Origin: Mustelus asterias
Lineage: Eukaryota
Reading direction: 5' to 3'
Assembly (NCBI RefSeq): GCF_964213995.1
Contig: NC_135803.1
Span: forward strand, 83,762,001 to 83,826,000
DNA length: 64,000 bases
The translations under genes were made by a program, and so were the position numbers. Below, piece by piece: positions 13,677 to 25,989 of the stretch. The notes beneath the pieces were generated by a model that ran no database searches, was not told where the DNA came from, and saw nothing but the letters and a program-made list of their open reading frames with translations. How positions within the stretch are numbered: position 1 is the stretch's first letter; the number at the start of each line of letters is the position of its first letter.

Positions 13677-14840
13677 TCAAAGAATAAAGATCAAAATACA
13701 GCTCATCACAGGAACAGACCCTTCAGCCCTCCAAGCTTGTGCCGATCATGATGCCTGCCTAAACTAAAACTGTATGCGCTTACGGAGTCCATATCCTTCC
13801 ATTCCCATCCTATTCATGTATTCATCTATTTGCTCCTTAAATGACATTGTCATACCTGCTCCCATCACCTTCCCAGGTAGTGCGTTCCAAACATTCACTA
13901 TCCTCTGTGTAAAAAAACTTGACTCGCACATCTCCTCTAAACGTTTCCCCACACACCTTAAATGAATACATGAATAGGATGGGGATGGAAGGATATGGAC
14001 TCCGTAAGTGCATCCGGTTTTAGTTTAGGCAGGCGGGGGGATCATGATCATGATCGGCGCAGGCTTAGAGGGCCAAAGGGCCTGTTCCTGTGCTGTACTG
14101 TTCTTTGATCTTTTGTTCTTTGAATAGATCCTATCAACCTTAAACCTATGTCCCCTAGTACTTGACTCTTCTACCCTAGGAAAGAGCATCTGACTATCCA
14201 CTCTGTCCATGCCACTCATAATTTTAAAGACGTCTATCAGGTCACCCCTCAACCTCCGTCATTCCAGTGAGAACAAACCGAGTTTATCCAACCTCTCCTC
14301 ATAGCTAATACCCTCCAAACCAGGCAACATCCTGGTAAACCTCTTCTGTACTCTCTCCAAAGCATCCACATCCTTCTGGTAGTGTGGCGACCAAAATTGT
14401 ACACAATATTCTAAATGAGGCCTTACCAAGGTTCTGTACAGCTGCAGCATGACCTGCCAATTTTTATACTCAGTGCCCCGACCGATGAACGCAAGCATGC
14501 TGTATGCTTTCTTGACTACTTCCTCCACCTGCGTTGCCACTTTCAGTGATCAGTGGACATGTACGCCCAGATCTCTCTGCCTGTCAATACTTCTAAAGGT
14601 TCTACCATTTACTGTGTAATTCCTACATTCATTGGACCTTCCAAAATGCATTATCTCACACTTGTCCGGATTAAACTTCATCTGTCATTTCTCCACCCAA
14701 GTCTCCAACCGGTCTGTATCTTGCTGTATCCTCTGACAATCCTCTTCACTATCTGCAATTCCACCAATTTTTGTGTAGTCTGCGAACTTACTAACCCGCC
14801 CAGCTACATTTTCCTCCAAATTATTTATACATACTATGAA
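13677..14840 (-). mobile_element. CR1 LINE 3' fragment containing a fold-back inverted duplication
   Basis: Minus-strand ORFs LYRTLVRPHLEYCVQFWSP and RGDLIDVFKIM; inverted copy at 13962-14141. Confidence 0.9.
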
Positions 14841-15251
14841 CATATCCAAGTTTCAATTTGCCTTTTATCCAGAGTGAAACAAAAGGCAGGGATTTGTATA
14901 ATCCATTTGTGTTGATTCATCCGTAAACAAAGGGATGTGTGAATTCCCCAGATGGCTGTGAATGACCATATTTAATTAGGTATTCATTTGAGAATCAGGA
15001 GTGTCTGAAACTCAAGCTTCCACAGGTCACATGATTTTAAGCAGCCATTTTAATGATCTGTGTCTATTTCTAAAAGTATTAGCTAAAAGTTTATAATATA
15101 CTGGGAGTTGTGGTTTAATTGAATGGTGGCAAAGGCTTGAGGGGCTGAATAGCCTCCTCGCATTCCCATGTTCCTGCTGAAGTATATGGGTGTACCTGTT
15201 TCAGTTGAGGTTTCGGCTTCATACCCATTCACCTGTCAATGAATTTACTGT

Positions 15252-15545
15252 GGCATGGTGGCACAGTGGTTACCACTGCTGCTTCGCAGCGCCAACAACC
15301 TGGGTTCAATTCCCAGCTTAGGTTATTGGCTGTACGGATTCTGCACGTTCTCCCCGTGTTTGCATGGGCTTTCTCCAGGTCCTCTGGTTTTCTCCTGCAG
15401 TCCAAAAGACGTGCTGGTTAGATGCACTGGCCATACTAAATTCTCCCTCAGCGTACCCGAACAGGACGACTAGGAGATTTTCACAGTAACTTCATTGCAG
15501 TGTTAATGTAAGCCTGCTTGTGACACTAACAAACAATAAAGTTTA
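15252..15545 (+). mobile_element. HE1-head SINE with an alternative 3' tail
   Basis: Same tRNA-like head and core as HE1, but ends ...gcctgcttgtgacactaacaaacaataaa. Confidence 0.75.
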
Positions 15546-16499
15546 AATCTCCTAGTTGCCACAGTCCAGCACCTGTTTAAACTTTAAACTTTGTTGATAC
15601 TGTGCCAGTAGTTATGTGGGGGAGATGCCAGGACAGATCAGCACTGATTGAACGTACCCAGCTAAGAGAAAACACGTTCAAGAGGGAAACAAAATCAAGT
15701 AAATCCCAGAAATGCAATTTCACAATTTCCACTTTAAAATTTTTTGCAATAATTTGCCTTAAATAAACTATAAATAAGTCAGTGCAGATTGTTTTAGAGT
15801 AAACATTTACTCACCCTATCTAGAGTTATATTTCCACACAAAATATTTATCTGAAAAATGTGTTAGATAATGGACTGTTAATTAATTCTCTCATGGGTGA
15901 AGATTTTGTTTGCTGCTTATAAAGGTTGTAATCAAAATTACATTGACCCTGAAGATGCAAAACATAAAGATTAGAGAAGCTGATTGTATTGACTCAATGC
16001 TGCTGCCAAAGTTTGGACACAAATTTCCATGAATGGGGAACACATTTGGGGGTTACCCGAGGTGTGGGAATAATTAACTCTAAAAGGCAACCAATTCATA
16101 GAACAGTTTTTTTTTTTAACTGGTCGGTGCAACATCGTGGGCCGAAGGGCCTGTTCTGCGCTGTAATGTTCTATGTTCTATGTTCTAGTACAGCACAGAA
16201 CAGATCCTTCGGCCCACGATGTTGTGCCGAGCAATACTACATTATCTCCTGCTTCAAATTCCCTTGCCAAAAACATCCAGGAAAATGCTTATCCAAAGCA
16301 ATATCACATTTATATACAATGTAGATTAGAATCATAGCATGGTACAGCGCAGAAAAAGGCCATTTTGGCCTATTGTGCCTATGTGAGCTCTTCAAAACAG
16401 CTTTTCAATTAGTGCTTTTCCCCTTTTTACCCATTGCCCTATAAGATTTTCCTTTTTCATCCCCAATCTGGGAACCGGAAAAGGACATTGGATGGAATT

Positions 16500-16800
16500 C
16501 CATGGACTGGAGATGGGCATTGGATAGAATTCTAAGGATTGAAGGTTTTCTTCGGGTTTAATGTGGGATGTAGAAAGACTAAAATTGAAGCCATGAGGGA
16601 GGACATACTCCTTGCTTTTGGAGACTACATGATCAGACAAATTCACTACATGTTTGGCAGTGTCATAATTACACTGCCAAAATGCTCCTGTGTAAGTCAG
16701 ATCAAGCACAGTGTAGGGCATGACATGAATTAGTAATCCTAAAAATGAGGAAAGGAAAGAGTTTGTCCTCGCACAAGGTTTCAATTTCAGTGTTCCTGTG
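16500..16800 (-). mobile_element. Old Penelope-like ORF N-terminal fragment
   Basis: VVNLSDHVVSKSKEYVLPHGFNFS resembles the V.NLS...L..GL.F block of Penelope ORFs. Confidence 0.45.
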
Positions 16801-17149
16801 TCCTTCTCAAAAGGAAAAGATACTTGAGGAGTTTAAACTCCTCTGTTCTTAGCTGTCCCACCACAAATCAGTGTGCAATAAAAATGTTGAGTCCTTGAAA
16901 GCACACCTAGGGTAACCCCCAAAGACTTGCCCAATGTTCCCATGCAGTGTGAATGTCTGGTGGCATTGTAAGGCCCCAAGCCAACCCATATATATATATA
17001 TATTTACAAGTTGAACAAGGCTGGAATAGTCAACTCTAACAAACACAATGATATTAACAAAATGCATGCTGTTCTTAATGACAGATCTAAATGTGTATCC
17101 ATTGGACACACCAGTCAATATGACCTCACAGCGCTGCTCAAAAGCAAGT

Positions 17150-17980
17150 TACAAAAATGATTGTTAGTCTGATGTAAGAATAATGAGTTGCCTTGTGGCA
17201 CATCTGATAAGATTCACCCTTACAGATTCACAGTGTCCATGTAGTGGGCTTCCCAAGACCCACAAAGGTGATTGTGCCCGAACTTGTTTATGACCGGTTC
17301 TACATAACATAAAATGGGGCAGCACGGTGGCACAGTGGTTAACACTGCTGCCTCACAGCTGCCAGCCTTGGGTGACTGTCTGTGTGGAGGTAGCACATTC
17401 TCCCCATGTCTGCGTGGGTTTCTTCCAGCTGCTCCATTTCCTCCCACAGTCCAATGACATGCAAATTATGTGGATTAGCCATAGTAACTGGGATTGGGTA
17501 AGATGCTCTTTTGGAGAGTCTGTGCAGACTCAATGGCCAAATTGCCCCCTTCTGCACTGTGGGGATTCTATGGAATTGGCCAAATGGTTGACTGAATTGC
17601 TCCAACCAGTTCTGAGTGTTCCACGTATGTGATGAAGGATTCCTTCACTTCCCTAAAGACTATATGAAACCTATGTATTGAGAGCAGTGCCGTGCCTATG
17701 TGCTACTTTGACATTGTGAGCTTGTTTACTAATGTGCTATAAAAATTTGCACCACATCACCGTATCATGGCAACCTCAACTTTCCACCATGTTCTGAATC
17801 TACATTTGCTGAACTTATAACTTGTGCAGTTGAGTTCAACTTCAATGACACAGTGTGCCCAAGATAGTGTTGCTATGGGTTCCCCTCTAGGTCCAGCTCT
17901 CACTCACAGTTTGGTCGGTTTCCATGAGAAACACATTTTCAATGGAATGATTCCTAAACTCTATCCCGTGCATATTTTCA
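17150..17980 (+). mobile_element. Degraded Penelope-like reverse transcriptase, split by a SINE
   Basis: Frameshifted motifs GLPKTHK, ELAKWLTELLQP, FDIVSLFTNV and VAMGSPLGP typical of PLE RTs. Confidence 0.7.
17317..17572 (+). mobile_element. HE1-like SINE (internally deleted)
   Basis: GGCAGCACGGTGGCACAGTGG head and GATTCTATG tail. Confidence 0.8.
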
Positions 17981-18789
17981 AAACACTTTTGCTTACACAC
18001 TTTATTGCATCATGTTCTCAAAATCATCTACTGGCACCATGGTTAGCATTACTGCCTCACAGCACTAGGGACCCGGGTTCAATTCCTGGCTTGGGTCACT
18101 GTCTGAGCAAAGTCTATTGGTACTTTACCAGATGTGGTCATGCCATGTGGTGTGGCAGTTAGATACACACCGGTGGTCTGCCTGTGGGATTCGGATATGG
18201 ATTGCTCCTACTTATTCATCCTCTGCCCCTGGGGGAGCTCTGCCAGCAGCAAGGTTCTCCTCCACTGGAAGACCTAACTTCTATCTTTGCCTTTGATATC
18301 GCACCAACCCCCAACCACCCACCCACCCACCACACTTCAGGGCCCACCTGACTGATGATGGAGACTCTGTCTCACGTACCCCCCTTCCGGCCTCCTACAC
18401 TGCTTCTGTCCATGGCCTGCAGCATTCCCAGCAGAGGTCACTCCTCCTGGTGGCACTACAGGGAATGTGTAGTGCGCCTGTAGAGGGAGGTAGTGCGCAT
18501 GCGAAGACCTCTGATGCTGCATATTTGCATTAGCAGTAACAGGGGTCTGACAGACAGGGAATGGGAAGCCATTGACCCTTGCATTGGCTGGCAGTTCTTG
18601 GCAGGCATCGTGTCTCAGGGCAATGGAAACCACAATCTCATGCTAAAGCAAATAGGATTAGAGTTTTGAGGGCCAGTGGAGGAAAGCTCCCACCAACTTT
18701 CTAATCAGCATGTGCAGCCATCGTTCTGGCCTCAGTTTCTAATCATGATTAGATCTAAACATGTTGGGTGGGATTGCGCCCCAAAATTC

Positions 18790-20510
18790 TACGGGTGGAA
18801 TTTTCTGAGATTTCTTTCTAGGTGTTGGGAGAGTTCCAGATCCATTTTTTGGGCATGTTTTCAGACGCAATCTTATGCATTCTTTCTGCAAAATTTTGGG
18901 CAAGTCTGCTTCAGGCCAGAAGGGCTGTGGGCGGGGCTTAATGCACCCGACAGCCTGTAGAGGGAGGTAGTGCGCATGCATAGACCTCTGATGCTGCATG
19001 TTTGCATTAGCAGTAACAGGGGTCTGACAGACAGAGAGAGAGCTACTCCCCTCCACTCCCCCCCCCCCCCCCCACCCCGCCACCAGTCTCCCCCTGGGAG
19101 GCTGACTCCCCTACCCCGATGGCCAGCCCCAGTCACTGGCCTCCCTCCCTCTAACAACGATCTCAATGCAGAGTGGCAGTGGGACCCCAACCCCCACCAA
19201 TCTCCCCCAGAGGCCCGGCCCCTTTGGGCCACGCTCCCCTCTGGCCCCTCCCCTTGGCACTGCCCGATGCACAGTAGGCAGTGCAGTGTGCCTCCTGCAT
19301 TGCCACTTTGCCTCTTGGGCAATGCCAGGGGGTCAGGCTGACACTGCCAAGCTGGCAATGCCCAGGGGGCATCCCCCTTATCCTGACCTCTGGTGGGTTT
19401 TGATGGCCCCCCTTCACTCCAGCGAGGTCAGGCTGCCAGTTCCCCACAACTGGGGAGCTGTTGTAAACCCCACTGTTGTAAACCCCGCTGATGCTATGCT
19501 AATTGATATGAAGTGGAGGTGGATCCCCCCCCTCTGAGAACTAACACCTAACCACTCAAAGAGGAGTACCTTGCCCAATAATCTGTTAAAGTGAGTGTGA
19601 AGAGGTACGATCTGCTCTTCAGCAACTTTTAGTGGTTAAATCAAAATAATTCCCTGACCCTCCCTCTAAAATCAACAAGTAACAATTTATTTATCTAACC
19701 AGCAGTGAACAATTTAGCTAAACTATTAACAAACCGAATAAAATATGATTCTAATGGAATGCTGTTCAGATTAATGTAATTCCCACTTATTGACAAAATA
19801 AAAGGACTGATTAACAAAAAATATATAATTTTAGTCATTCTCTAAATTGCAACCAGACTTTGTGTCTTCCGGAATATTCTGGGCCGCCTCTGTTTTTCTT
19901 TCTTCTTTATTCTTTTTTCTTTGCTATCTAGATGGGGCTTTGAGCTAAAATCTATGAGCTGTGGCAGGTGGCAGTTCTCTCCTCCTCTGTCGCACTGCCC
20001 CCTTCCTTTTATACCTGTGATGACATATCAATGTTCCCCACAATAGGATTGGTCCCAGGTTGCCAAAACCATTGGATTTAAATTTAATAGGTTCTTGGTA
20101 TCTAAGTGCCTAATTCAAATTGATAGCCTGAATTCAAATAATTCAAATGCCTGAAAGCCTGTTGCTTTGGTACCCCTGTTGCTTGGCCTTTCAGTACAAA
20201 TGTTTCATTTTGGGCACTCCATCTGTACTTGCATTTTTTTTAACTTTCTAAGCACAGAAAAAGCACCACCTTTTTAAAGCGACCATGAAATGCTTTCTCT
20301 CTAGCATTTTACAAACACCAATCTATAATTACTCTACCCAACTTTGCAACATAACACCCGTTAGCATAATTTTTACAGCTCCCGCCGATTTCTGGTGCGG
20401 AGCTAACGGTGCCCAGACACTCGCGGAGACTGTAGCACCCAGCGTGAAGCCCACTAAATGGCCTCTGCTTGAGTCTCCCAGCAGCAAAGCAGGCTGGGAG
20501 AATCGCCCCC
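18790..20510. mobile_element. GC-rich non-autonomous DNA transposon interrupted by an AT-rich insert
   Basis: GGGTGGAATTTTC left end, GAGAATCGCCCC right end; homologous to 11853-13130 in reverse orientation. Confidence 0.5.
19535..20356 (-). mobile_element. Possible solo LTR
   Basis: Minus strand begins TGTTATG and ends CA; internal TATA-like GGTATAAAAGG (~20005) followed by AATAAA; no convincing target-site duplication. Confidence 0.35.
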
Positions 20511-20776
20511 GTTGTTTACTAAAATAGTCAGCTCACTTTAACAGCAAAGATAAAAAGGATGAAAAGGTTGCCGTAGTTGATTACTTAACCAGTTCATGGA
20601 GATTTATTAGATAGGTATTGCTTGCTTGCAGTCCAGGATGGAAGAGAGGGAAAATCCCGCGAATGTCTCTGATGATGTCACCATGTGGCACACTACACAT
20701 TGACACATTGGTTTCCAATAAATAATAAAACTGTTTATTTGTATTTGTGCCACTAGTCCATCTATCATAGAAGAAA

Positions 20777-21128
20777 TCATAGAAATCATAGAAACCCTAC
20801 AGTACAGAAAGAGGCCATTTGGCCCATCGAGTCTGCACCGACCACAATCCCACCCAGGCCCTACCCCATATCCCCACATATTTTACCTGCTAATCCCTCT
20901 AATCTACACATCCCAGGACACTAAGGGGCAATTTTTTTTTTTAGCATGGCCAATCAACCTAACCCGCACATCTTTGGACTGTGGGAGGAAACCGGAGCAC
21001 CCGGAGGAAACCCACGCAGACACGAGGAGAATGTGCAAACTCCACACAGACAGTGACCCAAGCCGGGAATCGAACCCAGGTCCCTGAAGCTGTGAAGCAG
21101 CAGTGCTAACCACTGTGCTACCATGCCG
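20777..21128 (-). mobile_element. HE1-like SINE, full length
   Basis: Reverse complement of the 37298 copy, including head and tail. Confidence 0.9.
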
Positions 21129-21419
21129 CTCATCTTCTTGCAAATGCACCTCTCGTTCAGCGCCTTCATTTTTTTAACTACCTGCATGGAACTTACTCAC
21201 TGATGTCCAAATACAATTGAACTGTCTGTCCCTTCCTGTCCCACTTTGCATGTCTGTTACACTGTCTCAACCTTCCCTGTCCACAGCCCTTTGGCTTTTC
21301 CTGGTAGTTGGTTTACATGCTTGCTCTTTTTGACTGTAGCCAAGAGGCTATTGACACAGCCAGGAGAAGGTTCAACAGGCTAGAGCATGAGGGAAAGTAA
21401 CACAGCGGAGTGTAATTCT

Positions 21420-22650
21420 CATCACCCATGGCTATAGTGCGACCTCCACCATAAGGTCAGAAGTTGGGATGTTCATTGATAATTACACAATGTTCAGCAC
21501 CATTGGCGATCCCTCAGATACTGAAGAGGTCCATGTCCAAATGCAGCAAGACCTGGACAACATTCAGGTTTGGGCTGATAAGTGGCAAGTTCCAAGTGCC
21601 AGGTAATGACCATCTCCAACAAAAGAGAAACCAACTATCGCCTCTTGACATTCAATGGCATTACCATCACTGAATGCCCTACTATCAGCATGCTAGGTGT
21701 TACCATTGACCAGAAACTGAACTGGACTAGCCATATAAATACTGTGGCTACAAGAGCAGGTTAGAGGCTGGGAATCCTGCAGCAAGTAACTCACCTCCTG
21801 ACTCCCCAAAGCCTGTGCACCAGCTACAAGATACAAGTAAGGAGTGTGATGGAATACTCTCCACTTGCCTGGATGAGTGCAGCTCCAACAATAATCAAGA
21901 AGTGAGACCCATCCAAGACAAAACAGCCTGATTGGTTGTCATCCTGTTTACCACTTTCAACATTCACTCTCTCCACCATTGATGCATAGTAGCAGCCATG
22001 TGTACCACCTACAAGTTGCACTGCAGCAGCTCAAGAAGATAGCTCCTTCAAAAGCATCTTCCAAACCCACAACCACTATCACTTAGGACAAGAGCAGCAG
22101 ATATCTGGGAACACCATCACCTGGAAGTTCCCCTCCAAGTCACTCATCATCCTTACTCGGAAATATATCACCATTCCTCCACTGTCAGTGGGTCTATAGG
22201 CAACACGGTGGCACAATGGTTAGCACTGCTGCCTCATAGCGTCAGGGACCCAGGTTCGATTCCCAGCTTAGGTCACTGTCTGTGCAGAGTCTGCATGTTC
22301 TCCCCATGTCTGTGTGGGTTTCCTCTGGGTGCTCCGGTTTCCTCCCACAGTCCGAAAATCGTACTGGTTAGGTACATTGGCCATGCTAAATTCTCCCTCC
22401 CGTGCACCCGAACAAGTGACGGAGTGTGGTGACTAGGGGATTTTCACAGTAACTTCATTACAATGTTAATGTAAGCCTACTTGTGACACTAATAAATAAA
22501 CTTAAAACTTTAAATTTAAAAAACTTTAAATCCTGGAATTCTCTCCCTGGCTGTGGGTGTACTTACAGCACATGGACTGCAGCGGTTCAAGAAGGCAGCT
22601 CACCACCTCCTTCTTGAGGGAAATTAGGGATGGGCAACAAATGCTGGCCT
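21420..22650 (+). mobile_element. Old CR1/L2-clade LINE RT 3' fragment (a family distinct from the young CR1s)
   Basis: DLDNIQVWADKWQ, KCQVMTIS and LGVTIDQKLNWTSHINTV motifs with frameshifts. Confidence 0.75.
22203..22510 (+). mobile_element. HE1-head SINE with an alternative 3' tail, nested in a LINE
   Basis: Same tail as the 15252 copy (gcctacttgtgacactaataaataaa). Confidence 0.78.
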
Positions 22651-23674
22651 AGGCAGTGACAGTCTCATCCACAAACTAACCAAGGATCAAAATGTTGTAA
22701 CCTGTTTTTAAGGGGTATCAATATCACATCACTGGGAGGGAAAGCTGTCATGTGGTCCAGTCTTAGCAAAGACTTTTCTTTGAGCAGCACACACACACAC
22801 AGCTCTGATGCTTTATACCCATTTATAATTGTTCTCATGTGTCTAGTCTTAATAAATGAAGCCACAACACATTTACACCATTCTCTGTATTATTATATAT
22901 TATACATAATATAATATATATAAAGGGAGTAAATGAAGTAGAAAGGTGGAGAGAGAGTATTCCAGAACCTTGGGACCTAGATTACCAATGGTGGAAAGTT
23001 GGGCCTTGATCCTGTGAAATGGCAACAGAATGTGGTCAGGGCCATTCCTTTTTCAGATTGGGTGGGAACAGTGCAGTGCGTTCCTGAGTTCAGGCGTAAT
23101 GCGACACACAATTCCTATTTTCTGTGCGTATTGATTGGTTGATAAATGTCTTCATTTGCAAACTCTCTACTTTGTATTCATAGTTCTCCCTACCTCACCC
23201 CTCCCTTTCTCTGTTATCTCCTCCAGTCCCAGAACGGGGGTGGGAATCTCAGCAATAAGCTGGGATGTCCCGAGGTAAGGATTGCACAACAATGGCCTGG
23301 AAAGTTCAAACTTCCATTGGGAAATTGCCCTGTACTGGGAACCACCTGAAAGTACCATATAAATCGCAAACTTCGGATGGTTCTGACTGACGTACAGTGT
23401 TAGTTACCCAGGGAAAATTAGGATAATTAAAACAAACTCGTAACTATAGTGCTCAAGACCTAAGCCTACCACAAGCTTCCTTCCACCTCCTCCCCCCCAC
23501 CCAACCCCTCCAACTACCCCCTCCTCACAACACCTCAGGACGCACTGGACTACCTGATTCACCAATTGACCACTGTCTCGGCAAACACCCATCACCTCCC
23601 CCCACCCCCCCGCCCCCCCCACTCCCCCTTCCCCCCCCACCCCCCCCCGCCCCCGCCAACCCCCCTCCCCGCCC

Positions 23675-23900
23675 TGTGCTTAACCCTCTCTCCACCCACA
23701 TTGTCTGCACCTGTAAAGACTTGATTACCTGTAAAGACTCGCATTCCAACCATTATCTTATAATTGAGTTTGTGTCTGTATATGCCCTGTTTGTGAACCA
23801 AACTCTTCACTCACCTGATGAAGGGGCAATGCTCCGAAAGCTCGTGCTACCAAATAAACCTGTTGAACTTTAATCTGGTGTTGTGAGACTACTTACCATA
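23675..23900 (+). mobile_element. Penelope-like pseudo-LTR fragment with a hammerhead motif (~23812-23847)
   Basis: Matches 43310-43542; CTGATGA-a-ggggc(aat)gctcc-GAAA-gcTC-gtg. Confidence 0.78.
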
Positions 23901-23974
23901 CTTCTTCATGACATTTTCTCTGGTCATTTTTCTGTCCATTTCATCAGTCTGCCTGTGTCTTTTTGACGTTCCAC

Positions 23975-24720
23975 ACAAAGCAGCCATGGGTCATTGTACA
24001 TATTGGTACCAACAACATAAGTAGGAAAAGGGATGAGGTCCTGAAGTGTGAATATAGAGAGTTAGGCAGAAGGCTAAAGTGCAGGATCTCGAAGGTAGTA
24101 ATTTCTGGACTACTGCCGGTGCCACAATCTAGTGAGAGTAGGAATAGGAAGATTCAGCAGATGAATACGTGGCTTGAGAACTGGTGCAGGGGGCAGGGAT
24201 TTAGACTTTTGGATCATTGGGATCTCTTCTCGGGAAGGAGTGACATGTTCAAGAGGGATGGGATAGACCTGAACTAGAGGAGGCTAATATCCTGGCGGGG
24301 ATATTTGCTAGAGCCACTCGGGCGTGTTTAAAGTAGTTTGGCAGGGGTGTGGGACCCAAAGCAGTAGGGAGACAGAAGAGAAGGTTGAGGACAGCACAGA
24401 AGTTAACATTAAATAGTAAATAGTACATTAAATAGTAAAGGCAATGTCAGTAATCCTAGTACTGGACACATCAGGCAAAAGCAACACAGAGAGCAAGGGA
24501 AGTCCAGATTAAACTGCATTTATTTCAATGCAAGAGGCCTGAAGGGCAAAGCATTGATGGGTACATGCGACTGGGGATATTATAGCAATTACTGAAACAT
24601 GGCTAAGGAAAGGACAGGACTGGCAGCTTAATGTTCCAGGGTACAGATGCTATAGGAAAGATAGAACAAGAGGTAAGAGAGGAGGGAGAGTTGCACTTTC
24701 GATTAAGGAAAACGTCATGT
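23975..24720 (+). mobile_element. CR1 5' internal fragment: ORF1 SGNH esterase plus the start of the ORF2 endonuclease
   Basis: VIVHIGTNN...VVISGLLPVP...FKRDG (esterase) followed by CIYFNARG...AITETWL...QLNVPGYRCYRKDR. Confidence 0.85.
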
Positions 24721-25381
24721 AAATTTGCAGGTTAATCTGTCAGGTTTCCTATTGCAAGCGGTTTGGGATTTGGTTATTTTAGAGAGTGGAGTTAAACTTA
24801 CACTGAAGCTTTAGAACATGCCCACTGCAAAGTTTGCAGTTCTGATGGGAGCATTTGCAGTGACAAATGACGGTGAATATGAAATGCAAAACAAATTTAC
24901 TATGCATGAATTCACAGTGAATATTTCACCACACATGAAAACAACTGGATATTTAGAAACTGGAGGAGCCAGAGGCCATTCATCCCGCTGACCCCAGTCC
25001 AGTCTAGTCCGTCACTGGGTTGGCTAAAGGGATTTTATCTCTTTACACTCCTGTTACGTGTTCCTCGATACCCTCAGTAGAAAAAATACATCGATGTTAG
25101 GGCTACAATATGTAATTGACTCCATCATTTTGAGGGAGAGAGTTTCAAATTTCCAGTCTCCTTCATGGGAACAAATGCTTCTTGACATGCCTCCCTGAAT
25201 GGTTAACCCAGAGTCCTGGCTGGATGTGACTGCTTCAGGGCACCTTTTGTCGATATTCGTGTCTGCGAGGCTGGCTGTAACGTGTGCTGTGCTTTCGAGA
25301 CTGTTGGATTGTGAACTGCCCTCTGCAGGTTGAGTCTTGTTGTGCCTCAGTGAGCTCGGATCCGAGTTGCTGGCAGGCTGC

Positions 25382-25470
25382 CTTTGATAAACCGAAGAAC
25401 ACGCAGATCAGCATTCCTAACATTCCTGTCCCTGCTCCATCGCTGGCCGCTGCTGGGATCCAGCCATTCC
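25382..25470 (+). promoter_or_regulatory. Candidate TEAD/TCF regulatory module upstream of AMOTL2
   Basis: CATTCC-taa-CATTCC at 25412-25426, a third CATTCC at 25465 and CTTTGAT at 25382, in CpG-containing non-repetitive sequence. Confidence 0.5.
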
Positions 25471-25989
25471 ACAGCAGGCAGACAGGCACACAGGCAGCTC
25501 AGGATCACAGCTCCTCGTTACCGATTCCAGCTTCTGGGGGACATCCAGCACGGTCCCGACCCTGAAGATTGATTATTCGGTGTTTTCACTGCACACCGCG
25601 ATTCGCTTCATGATAGTAAACTGCAATTTCAGGTCAGTCTCAGATTTCTCTTTGGTACTGTGTCCGAGTCAGCCTTGTGCATGGTTTCACCCTGTCCCAT
25701 TAACTTTATTTTCCCAATGCCGAATTGCTTTAAAGAATTCACATTGCACTTGGAGAACCTTCAAACTGTTACACATTATTACATCTGGCTGCTGGCGTTC
25801 ATTTCCTAAATGCAACAGAGGTGATTTACACTTAGCGCAGATGGAAATAGCCGCATTTCAGAGATTTCAGCTTCATATTATCGTCTAAATTGGTTAATTC
25901 CTCTTTCCCCTGCTGCCCGGATCATACTGCCACTGGCAATGATGTCATTCAGCGAAAATGTGTTAACAAAAAGGAGCCAGTTAAGGAAA

